64,000 bases of DNA, taken from the human T2T-CHM13v2.0 reference genome, Homo sapiens. A model generated the notes under the pieces. That model ran no database searches. It was not told the origin of the DNA and saw nothing but the letters and a program-made list of their open reading frames with translations. The stretch lies in assembly GCF_009914755.1 (NCBI RefSeq), contig NC_060942.1; one strand, 5' to 3'. This document shows, in pieces, positions 29,763 to 41,630 of this stretch (positions are counted from its first letter, which is position 1; each line of letters begins with the position of its first letter). Position numbers and translations under genes: made by a program.

Positions 29763-30102
29763 TGAGGCGGGAAAATGAAGTCTGGAGGCAGGGAACATAA
29801 GGCCAATTCACACTTCAGTTATAACAGGAAATATCCTCTCCATAGGGCATACACCATGTAAATAACTTTGTAACTTTACTTCATTGTCTTCGTTTACAGA
29901 GGGCATACCCCAAGTAGAGGGTATTTAAATTCACAGAAACTCTGTAACAGGGCCTTTTAGCCCCTGTGCTTGGCCACTACCACACTGTGGAGTATACTTT
30001 CATTTTCAATAAATCCTTTTATTCCTTCCTTGCTTTGTTTGTGCATTTTGTCCAATTCTTTCTTCAAGATGCCAAGAACCTAGATACCCCCCACCATTAA
30101 CA
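29763..30102 (+). mobile_element. ERV1 5' LTR (MER61-like)
   Basis: TG...CA ends; tctggaggcagggaacataaggccaattcacact; TATA-like tatttaaa; AATAAA. Confidence 0.82.
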
Positions 30103-30658
30103 TACCTTGGCGAGCCAGCCAGGAGGAAGAGGTAAGCCCAAAGTTTGGAATTTATTATTCTCCTTTCTCCTTTTCCTTTCTGCTCCATACAAGGGAATCT
30201 CTTTTCCTTTACAACCTGGGGCCCTTGGTGGGCAGCACCTAAACATGGAAGCAACTGCAGGTTTCTGGCCATGGCCAGTGAAACTAAGAGGTTTCCTCGT
30301 GGAGAAGCCTGACCACCACCACCGGTTTGCTTAAGGAACCTGGGTCACTTTCATTTTCTTTTCTTCTCTTTCTCTTACAGTCTTGCAGTGGCTGTTTTCC
30401 AGTAGCTCTTTGGAAATTGAGGGCAATTGGCTGGGGTCACTCCCGAGTACTGCCTGAAGGCCTAGAAATGAATGGGAATAATTGTCCTGCCCAGAAGGGG
30501 GAAGGACTTAATATATATATTTTATAATATATAATATGTATAATTATAATTAAATATACAATTATAATTATATATTATATATAATATATAATAATCTTTT
30601 CCGTGGTCCTTGATCCCTACATGAGGCAAAGCTTGGAGCAAACTCGCACATGTTTCAG
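30103..30658 (+). mobile_element. Truncated ERV internal leader with tRNA-Arg PBS
   Basis: TGGCGAGCCAGCCAGGAG at 30108-30125 just after the LTR; then AG|gtaag donor-like site. Confidence 0.8.
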
Positions 30659-32445
30659 TTTACCTCTTGAATCCTTTTTCAGGTAAATCAGGGATTTCTT
30701 CCTGGTTTGGATTCATTGCTGGTGAACTGGTGTGATTTAGGGGTGATGTTAAAGAGCCTTATTTTGTCATATTACCAGAGTTAGTTCTCTGGTTTCTTCT
30801 CATTCGGGTAGGCTGTGTCAGAGGGAAGGTCTAGGGCTGAAGGTTGTTGTTCAGATTCTTTTGTTTCATGGGGTGTTCCCCTGATATAGTACTCTCCCCT
30901 TTTTCCTATGGATGTGGCTTCCTGAGAGCTGAGCTGCAGTGATTGTTGTCTCTCTTCTGGGTCTAGCCACCCAGCAAGTTTACCTGGCTCTGCACTGGTA
31001 CCGGGGGTTGTCTGCACAGAGTCTTGTGATGTGAACCATCTGTGGGTCTCTCAGCATGGATACCAGCGCCTGTTCTGGTGGAGGTGGCAGGGATGTGAAA
31101 TGGGCTCTGTGAGGGTTCTTAGTTTTGGTGGTTTAATGTTCTATTTTTGTGCTGGTTGGCCTCCTGCCAGGAGGTGGCGCTTTCTAGAGAACATCAGCTA
31201 TGGTAGTATGGAGAAGAACCGGTGGTGGGCAGGGCCCTAGAACTCCCAAGAGTATATGCCCTTTGTCTTCAGTTACCAGGGTGAGTAGGGAAGGACCATC
31301 AGGTGGGGGCAGGGCTGGGCATGTCTGAGCTCAGACTCTCCTTGGGCAGGTCTTGCTGATGCTGCTGTGGAGGGTGGGCATGAGGTTCTCAGGTCAATAG
31401 AGTTGCGTACCTAGGAGGATTATGGCTGCATCTGCTGAGTCATGCAGGTTGTCAGGGAAGTGGAGTAAAGCTGGCAGTCAAAGGCCTCATCCAGCTGTCA
31501 TGCAATTCAAAGGGCCCCAGTCTCACTGCCACCATGCTCCCTCCAACAGCACCGAGTCTGTTTCCAGGCAGTGAGCAAGCAGGGCTGAGAACTTGCCCCA
31601 GGCTACCTGCTTCCCAGCTGTGAAAGAAAAGGGCTTTAGCTTTAGTTCTTCCCCCATCTATGGTGTCTGCACACCAGATTCCTGCCCTCCCCTGAGTTCT
31701 GGCCAGAAGGCTTCTCGCCCGGTTCAAATTGTTACAAAGTTCAGCTGGAGACTTTCTTCTCCTTGTGCCATTTTCCCCATGCCTCTGGGCACCGAAGGTT
31801 CCCTATGGTGCCAGGCAGGAATGGCCTGCTTGGGGACCCAGCGAGTTCCCAAGGCCTTTCCTGCTGCTTCCTCTACCCCTGTATTTTGCTTGGCTCTCTA
31901 AGTTGACTCAGCTCCGGGTAAGGTTGGAAACTTCTCCTGCAAACTAGACCTTCAGTTTCCCCAATGGGGGAGTGTGTTCAGGGGCAGATAATCTTGCTTT
32001 CCCACTTCCACAGATTGGGCACTCACAATATTTGGGGTGTCTCCCAGGTCCTGCAGGAGCAGTTTATACTGGTTTATTCCTGCAGTCTTTCTGAATCTAA
32101 AATTCATGATGTGAGCCTCCACACACTGCTCTGTCCATCCGAGACAGAGCTGCAATCTACTCCTGCCTCCTGTCTGCCATGATGATCCTGAATCTGTCTA
32201 TGTGACTGTTTTTGAACCAGTACTGTGCTGCTTTGGTTGTTGTAGCCGTGTAGTATAGTTTGAAGCCCGGTAGCATGATGCCTCCAGCTTTGTTCTTTTT
32301 GCTTAGGATTGCCTTGGCTATTTGAACTCTTTTTTGGTTTCATACAAATGTTAAAATAGTTTTTTCTAATTCCGTGAAGAACATCATTGGTAGCTTGATA
32401 AGAATAGTATTCAATCTGTAAATTGCTTTGGGCAGTATGGTTATT

Positions 32446-33102
32446 TTAACAATATCGATTCTTCCTATCCATAAGCATGAAATGTTTTTCTATTTGTTTT
32501 GTGTCCTTTCTGATTTCTTTTGAAGAGTGTTTTGTAATTCTCATTGTAGAGAGATCTTTCACCTCACTAGTAACCTGTATTCCTAGGTATTTTATTCTTT
32601 TTGGGGCAATTGTGAATGGGATTGCCTTCCTGATTTGGCTCTCAGCTTGACTGTTGTTGGTGTATAGAAATGCTGGTAATTTTTGTATGTTGATTTTGTA
32701 TCCAGAAACTTTGCTGAAATTGTTTATCAGCTTAAGGATCTTTGAGACTATGGGATTTTCTAGATATAGAATCATGTGGTCTGCAAACAGGGATAGCTTG
32801 ACTTCCTCTCTTCCTATTTGGATGCGCTTGATTTCTTTATCTTTGCAGATTGCACTGGCCAGGACTTCCAATACTATGCTAAATAGGATTGGTGAAAGAG
32901 GGCATCCTTGTCTCATGCTGGTTTTCAAGAGGAATGCTTCCAGCTTTTGCCCACTCAGTATGAGGTTAACTGTGGGTTTGTCAAAGATGGCTCTTATTAT
33001 TTTGATATATGTTCCTTCAGTACCTAGTATGTTGAGAGTTTTTAACATGAAGGGATGTTGAATTTTATCAAAATCCTTTTTCGCATCTATTGAGATAATC
33101 AT
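32446..33102 (-). pseudogene. L1 ORF2 reverse transcriptase remnant
   Basis: [29 protein letters not shown] (catalytic FADD changed to FADH), KYLGI. Confidence 0.93.
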
Positions 33103-33540
33103 GTGGTTTTTGTCTTTAGTTCTGTTTATGTTATATGATGAATTGCATTTATGATTTGCATAGGTTGAACCAACCTTGTATCCCAGGGTAAAGCCCAGTA
33201 GATCTTGGTGGATTAGCTTTTTAATGTGCCACTGAATTCAGTTTGCTAGTATTTTGTTGAGGAGTTTTGCATTAATGCTCATCAAGGATATTGGCTTGAA
33301 GTTTTCTTTTTTGTTGTTGTGTCTCTACCAGGTTTTAGTATCAGGATGATGCTGACCTCATACAGTGAGTTAAGGAGGAGTTCCTCCTCCTCAATTTTTG
33401 GAATAGTTTCAGTAGAAATCGTACCAGCTCTTCTTTGTACATCTGACAGAATTTGGTTGTGAATCTGTCCAGTGCTGTGCTTTTTTTGGTTGGTAGGCTA
33501 TTTATTACTGATTCAATTTCAGAGCTTGTTATTGATCTGG

Positions 33541-34495
33541 AACAAATATTTCTTAAAAGAAGACATATAAGTGGCCAAGAAATAGGTGAAAAACGTTCAA
33601 CATGACTAATCATCAGGGAAACACAGACAAGACTGCAATGAAATATTCTCTCACCATAGTTAGGATGCCAACTATCAAAAAGACAAAAAATAACATATAC
33701 TGGTGAGGATGTGGAGAAAGGGAACTCAGACGCTGTTGGTGGGAATGCAAGCTAATACAGCCACTATGGAGAACAGTATAGCAGTTTCTCAAAAAACCAC
33801 AAATAGAACCACCATAGGATCCACCAATCCCTCTACTGGACATTTACCCAAAGGAAAAGAAACAGTATATAAAAGAGACATCTGCACTCCAGTGTTTATT
33901 GCAGCACTATTCACAATAGCCAAGATACGGAATCAACATAGGTGTCCAACAACAGATGAATGAATAAAGAAAATGTAGTATATATATAATGGAAAACTAT
34001 TCAGCCATAAAAGGAATGAAATCTTGTCATTTGTGGTAACAAGGATGAAAGTGGAGGCCATTATGTTAAGTGACATAAGCCAGGAACATAAACACTGCAT
34101 GTTCTCACTCATATGTGAAAGCTTAAAGCAGCTCTCATAGAAGTAAAAAGTAGAATAGAGCATACTAGAGGCTTGGAAGGGAAATGGGGAGAGGATAATA
34201 GAAAGAGATTGGCTGAAGGAAACAAAATTATGACTAGATAGGAGAAATATGTTCTAGTGTTCCAAAGCACCATAGAATGACTATAGTTAACAATAATTTA
34301 TAGTTTTAAATGGCTAAAAGGATATTGCATTTTCCCAAGACAAAAAAAAATGATAAATGCTTGAGATGATGGATATGCTAACTACCCTGATCTGATCACT
34401 ATGGAGATTAGGGACAAGTATTGAAACATCACTAGGTACCACATAAATAGTATAATTATTATGTATCAATTAAATTAATTTTTAAATAAAAAAAG
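33541..34495 (+). mobile_element. L1MA (MA3-5-like) 3' portion
   Basis: ORF2 end (gtttattgcagcactattcacaatagccaaga) plus 3'UTR gatggatatgctaactaccctgatctgatcact; A tail. Confidence 0.85.
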
Positions 34496-34629
34496 ATATA
34501 CTGATAAGGAAGGAAAATATAAAACTTTGTTTGCAGATGACGTAATTATCTATGTAGAAAATTCAAAAGAATCCATTCATTAAAACTGAGACCTAAGACG
34601 CAATTACAGCAAAGTTTCAGGATGCAAGG

Positions 34630-35025
34630 TGTTAAATCAAATTTAGCCTAAAGCTGCCTCCTTACATATTTTAAGTTCAACCTGAAGGTTTCTCTGTACA
34701 TGAGCTATAATAAGTGGAGATGTAAACAGACTATAGACTACTCTTGTGTCAATTGCCAAGTTTTGGCCAATCACATGTGGCCAGCTTTTCAAACTGTGTT
34801 CAAATAAGGCAAACGCCAAGCTGTAACCAATCCAGCTGTTTCTGTACCTCACTTCCATTTTACGTACATTATTTTCCTTTTTCATCCATAAATCTTCTAC
34901 CACTTGACTATGCTGGATTCTCTGAGCCCACTGTGGCTCAGGAGGCTGCCTGATTCACAAACTGTTCTTTGCTCAAATAAACTCTTTTAAATTTAATTTG
35001 ACTGAAGTTTTTTTTTTTTTAACCA
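34630..35025 (+). mobile_element. MER57A-like ERV1 solo LTR
   Basis: tgttaaatcaaatttagcctaaagctgcctcc...caaataaggcaaacgccaagctgtaaccaatcc...gctcaaataaac. Confidence 0.85.
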
Positions 35026-35153
35026 ATGGTTAATATACAAAAGTTAATCACTTTCCTATATACTTGCAATGAACAAGTGGAATTTGAAATTCAAAGCTCA
35101 GTACCATTTACATTAGCATCCCCTTAAAAATAAAATACTTAAAAATAAATCTA

Positions 35154-35525
<372 letters not shown>

Positions 35526-37299
35526 TCATGGGTAGAAAGACTCAATATTGTCAAGATGTGAGCTCTTCCCAAATTGATATATAAGCTCAATGTGAGCTTA
35601 GCCAAAATTCTAGCAAGTTATTCTATAGATTCTAAGAAACTGATTCTAAAGTTTACATAAAGGGGCAAAGACTCAGAATAGCCAACACAATATTAAATGA
35701 GAATAATAAAGTTGGAGGACTGATACTACACTACTATAAAATGAAAGGAATCCAAACAGTGATAGTGACAAATAATAGACAAGCAGATGAATGGAACAGA
35801 ATACAGAACTCAGAAGTAGACCCATATAAATATAGTCAACCAGTCTTTGACAAAGAACAAGGGCAATACAATGAAGAAAAAATAATCTTTTCAACGAAAG
35901 GTGCTGAAACAACTGGACATTTACATACAAAAAAAATGAATCTAGAAACAAGCCTTACACCCTTCACAAAAATGATCTCAAAATGGATCACAGACTTAAA
36001 TGTAAAATGCAAAACTTTAAAACTCCTAGAAGATAACATAGAAGAAAATCTAGACAATCTTGAATTTGGCAATGACCTTTCACATACAACACCAAATGCA
36101 TAATCTGTGAAAGAAAGAACTGATAAATTGGACTTCATTAAAATTAAAAATTTCTACTTAGCGAAAGACAACATGAAGAGATGAAAAAGACAAGTCATAG
36201 ACTAGGAGAAAGTATTTGCAAAAGACATATCTGATTAAAGACTTTTATCCAAAATATGCAAAATCTTAAAACCACAACAAGAAAACAACGTGATTTAAAA
36301 ATGGTTGAAAGACCTTAATGGACACATCACCATAAAAGATATACAGATGGAAAATAAGCATATGAAAAGATGCAGCACGACATATATCATCAGACAAATG
36401 CAAATTAAAACAACAATAAGACACCACCACACATCTGTTAGAATGGCCAAAATCCAGAACACTGATACCACAAAAGACAGATGAGGATATGGAGCAAGAG
36501 GAACTCTCCTTCATTTCTGGTGGGAATGAAAAATGGTACAACCCCTTGGGAAAAACATTTTGGCAGTTTCTTACAAAACTAAAACTATTCTTACCATACA
36601 ATACAGCAATTGCACTCTTTAGTCCTTACCCAAAGGAATTGAACACATATCCACAAAAAAACTTGCACATGGATGTTTACATCAGCTTTATTCATAATTG
36701 CCAAAACTTGGAAGCAATTAAGATGTCCTTCAGTAGGTGAATGGAAAAACTATGGTACATCCAGACAATAAAATATTATTCAGCACTAAAAAGAAATGAG
36801 CTATCAAGCCATGAAAAGACATGGAGAAACCTTAAATGCACATAACTAAATGAAAAAAAGTCAAACTAGAAAGGCTACATGCTGTCAGTTTCCAAGTATA
36901 TGAAATTCTGGAAAAGTTAAAACTATAGAACAGTGAAAAGATCCATGGTTTCCAGAAGTAAGGGGTGAGGGAGGAATGAATAGGCAGTGCACAGGGAAGA
37001 TTTAGGGCAGTGAAAATACTGGGTATGGTACTGTAATGGTGGACACATGTCATTACACATTTGTCCATACCCATAGAATGTACAACAACAAGAGTGAACC
37101 CTAATGTAAACTACAGACTTTGGGTAACAATGATGTGTCATTGTAGGTTCATCAATTGTAACAGATGTACCACTCTGGTGAGGGATGTTGATAATGCGGG
37201 AAGCTATGCATGTGTTTAGGCAGGAGGTATATGGGAAATCTCCATACCTTCCTCTCAGTTTTACTGTAAACCTAAAACTGCTCTAAAAAAAAATTTTTT

Positions 37300-38160
<861 letters not shown>

Positions 38161-38761
38161 ACAATACTAGTTGGTAGGACTCAATTTTTATGGTTTATGT
38201 CTTTTTTTATACAGTAGATACACAAACAGAAACTCCTACTTTCTTGTGTATTCTGCTCTTGGTTTTGAATATTTCTTATTCAGTGCTTCCTTCCTGCACG
38301 AACAAACAGCATCAAGTACTGTTCATTGTTACTTATAAGAGAGGTGCAGTGAGCTTCAGCCTTCTTCATCAACTTAATGTAGAAAGTCTCATTTCTAAAT
38401 ATCTTCCTTGGATCTTTTTGCTAAAGGGTACACGATTCTAAGGCACAAACTTCTGCACTGCCTTGTCTTACTGGAATCCTCTATCAGAAAGGAAGCAAGT
38501 ACAGAGGGAGAATAAGGCTGAAATTGGCTCTTTTATTAGCTGCCTTATCTATCAGCTAGAGAGTCTAACAAGCATGTATATCAATTTGGGTTCTTTTTTC
38601 AAAAGCAAAAGGGGCAAATTCCAGCTAAATTAAGCAAAAAGAGTAAGTTTATTGGAAAAATGCAAAGTAGTTTACAGAATCAGAAAAGAATTCCAAAAAT
38701 CAGTCCTCAGGATGACAACCAGGGCACTCCCGAGGTATGGGAAGGAGATAGTAACAGACTT

Positions 38762-39284
38762 TTCAAGGCAAAACAATGGCCCTCCTCAAAGATGCTCACA
38801 TCCTATTCCCTAGGACCTGTGAATATTTCATATTACATAACAAAGAGTGATTAAGCTTGCAGATGGAATCAAGATTGCTACTCATCTGACCTTAAAGCAG
38901 AGAGAGTAGCGTGGATTCCCAGGTGGGCTCAATTTTATCACAAGGGTCTTTAAAAGTGGAAAGGGGAGGCAGGCGAGCTGAGTCAGAGGAGAGGTGACGA
39001 TGGGAGCAGCATCAGAGAGGGGCCCTATGAAAAGATTTCATCTGCCTTTCAAGATGGAGGAAGGGGAAAGGGGCCAAGGAAAGTAGGAGGCCTCTAGAAG
39101 CTGGAAAAGACAAGGAAACAGCTTCTCCTCACAGCCCTGCCAACACCTTAATATTAGCTCTGTGAAACCCCTGTCCAAATTCTGACCTTCAGAATTATTA
39201 ATATAAGGCAATATTTATTGTCATGTTTTTGTAAGCCACCAAGTTTGTAGTAAGTTGTCACAGTAGCAATAGAAAAGCGGTAAA
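38762..39284 (+). mobile_element. MLT1D/E LTR nested in an older reverse MLT1 (~38590-39530)
   Basis: gcagatggaatcaag...atcacaagggtctttaaaagtgg...cctctagaagctggaaaag...taagccaccaagtttg. Confidence 0.8.
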
Positions 39285-39639
39285 TCAGGATGAATCAACT
39301 TCAATCAAATCCTTTGGGTTGTTCAGTACAGAGTCTAAATTCCAGGGAGAATATCGGATTGGCCTAACCTTGATCACATGACTATTTATTGGGCTGAGAG
39401 GGTTGTTATCTTGATTGACAGGGCCACCAAGATGAAAAAAATATTCCTCAAAGCAAAAGCCAAATCAGAGTATGTTACTAGAAGGGGCAATGGGTGCAAT
39501 ATAGGCAAAAACAACAGATGTTTCTACAGTGGAACAGACTTTCATCTTACCCAGAACATTCCCCCACAGGCAACACAGAGATAACCAAAGTTTCACCTGA
39601 CTTGCCCAAGATTTTACTCCTTAGAAACAAATAAAACTA

Positions 39640-40392
39640 CAACTATCATTAAAAGATCAAATCTGTTGAACAGGTATTTCTCTAAAGAATAATAAGAACC
39701 ATGAAAAGATACTTAACATTGTAACATCTTTGCATTAGGGAACTGCAAATCAAAATCATAACAAAATAGTACTGCATGCTCATTAGGATGACTATAATCC
39801 AAAAGAATAAAAAAGAAAATAACAGGTGTTGGTAGGGATATAGATATAGAGAAACTGGAGCTCTCATGCCTTGCTGGGGGGCATGTAAAATGATTCTGCC
39901 GCTTTGGAAAACAGTTTGGTGGTTCCTCAAAAAGTTAAACATATAATCCAACAATTCCACCCAAAAGAATTGAAAGCAGGGTCTAGTACACCAACGTTCA
40001 TAGCAGCTTTATTCACATCAAGCCAAAGGTGGAAGCAGCCCAAATGTCTACTGATGGATGAGTTGATACACAAAATGTGGTATATATATGCAATGGAATA
40101 TTATGCAACCATAAGAAGATATGAAGCTCTGATGAAGCCAGACACAAAAGGACAAATATTGTGTGATTCCAGTTGCATTAAGTACCCAGAATAGTCAAAT
40201 GCATAGAGACAGAATATAGCATAGAGGTGAACAGGGGCCTGGGGATGGGGGAAATGTGGACTTTTTGTTATGGGTACAAAGTTGTTTTTGTGATGATGAA
40301 AAAGTTCCAGAAATGGACAGTAGTGATGTGTGCACAACATTGTAAATGTACTTAATGCCATTGAATTATACACTTAAAAGTGGTTTTAAAAA
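39640..40392 (+). mobile_element. L1MB 3' fragment
   Basis: ttggaaaacagtttggtggttcctcaaaag...cacaacattgtaaatgtacttaatgccattgaatt. Confidence 0.85.
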
Positions 40393-40718
40393 TCAAATCT
40401 GCATGGCTTATAAATGATTTCATTCATTTAATTATCAAATGTGTATTGAATGCCTCTACTAAATACTGGAGGTATAGTGGAGAGCAAGACAGGCTTAGTC
40501 TGTCCCCTAGAAGAGAAGGCAAGTCAAGTTTCCAGGGTGAAAATCTGTGTGTGTCAGCAGGACATGTACGATGGAAGAGGATGAATGTGACTGGAACACT
40601 CAGATATTTAGGGAGAATATTGCAAGGAATTTTAGGTGTGTCCTACTGGTCAATGATTAGTCACTGTTCTTTGCATTCCTTTAAAGAAACAGAAACACTC
40701 CATTTGCCTGCATGCTCC

Positions 40719-41270
40719 TGTTAGATATAGTGAACTCCAAGTTTCTCTTCAAAGAATCAGTATGTCACTATGTTCAGCTCTCTTTTTTTTTTGTTATACT
40801 TTAAGTTTTATTCTTTGATTCTCCATTTTAAACTTTAACTTTCTGGTTCTCTTCACCCGCTTGCCTCCAGTTTCAGTAAATAACTTTCCCGCCAGTTCTA
40901 ATCAGTAGTTCACATCTGTTCCCCTGGTCACTTGCTCTGACCTGAATCATCCTGAGTTACCCGTTCTGTAACCGCCCCTCCCACCAAACTACTCACCCTG
41001 CCACTCCAGGTCATACCCCTGCTCTCTTTAAAATAGCCAGTGGGAATTAGCTTAGACTGTGCCCTCCAACCCCAGCCGATACTGGAACGACACGGCAGTA
41101 GGGGGAATAAGAACCCCCTCCCCTCCCTTGTCCAAATGTACACTTGCCATTACTCCATCCACAAGTTGCACCCTTCTCCAGAAGTAAAACTTGCCTTGCT
41201 GAGAAAATTAAATTTCTGTTCGAGTGCTATTTCTTCACCACACAGAGGAACAAGCATTTTGTTGCTAACA
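40719..41270 (+). mobile_element. LTR10 (LTR10A/F-like, HERV-I) solo LTR
   Basis: tgttag...gtttctcttcaaagaatcagtatgtc...cttgccttgctgagaaaattaaa...cgagtgctatttctt...ctaaca; ctcc duplicated at the flanks. Confidence 0.82.
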
Positions 41271-41361
41271 CTCCTTAAAATCAGAGTAGGCTTCTGCTAC
41301 TTTGTATCCACCATGATGTGCTTTGCACAGTATGTGCTCAGTACCTGTTTTAGAATTGGAT

Positions 41362-41630
41362 TTGGAAGGCTGAAATGGGAGGATTGCTTGAGCTCAGGAG
41401 TTGGACACCAGCCTGGGCAACACGGTAAAACCCTGTCTCTACCAAAAATACAAAAATTAGCCAGGTATGGTGTGCACCTGTAGTCTCAGCTACTCAGGAG
41501 GCTGAGGTGGGAGGATCCCTTGAGCCTGGGAGGTGGAGGGAGGTTGCAGTGAGCTGTGGTCGAGCCACCACACTCCAGTCTGGGCAATGGAGCAAGACCC
41601 TGTCTCAAAAAAAAAAAAAAAAAAAAAAAA
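41362..41630 (+). mobile_element. AluJb, 5' truncated
   Basis: Alu body plus poly(A); TSD ttggattt. Confidence 0.9.

Larger units (their letters stand above)
25791..32194 (-). mobile_element. L1PB1/L1PBa element with 5'UTR, internal deletions and an ERV insertion
   Basis: L1PB 3'UTR (ctttagtggtgatttgtgaga...acccatcacccaagcagtgtacactgcacc); ORF2 26000-29600; 5'UTR ~30660-32190; flanking TSD. Confidence 0.88.
24405..33540 (-). mobile_element. L1PA13-16-type element, 5' truncated (pieces 24405-25790 and 32195-33540), split by a nested L1PB
   Basis: 3'UTR ...catgggggtttgg...ttatttttctgatcctcc...tcatttagctcccacttata; ORF2 sequence resumes after the TSD tctat(a/g)tgactgtttttg. Confidence 0.88.

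Noticed and set aside
25791-32194. Potentially active full-length L1
   Set aside because: Old L1PB with stops, frameshifts, deletions in the endonuclease and ORF1, and an ERV insertion
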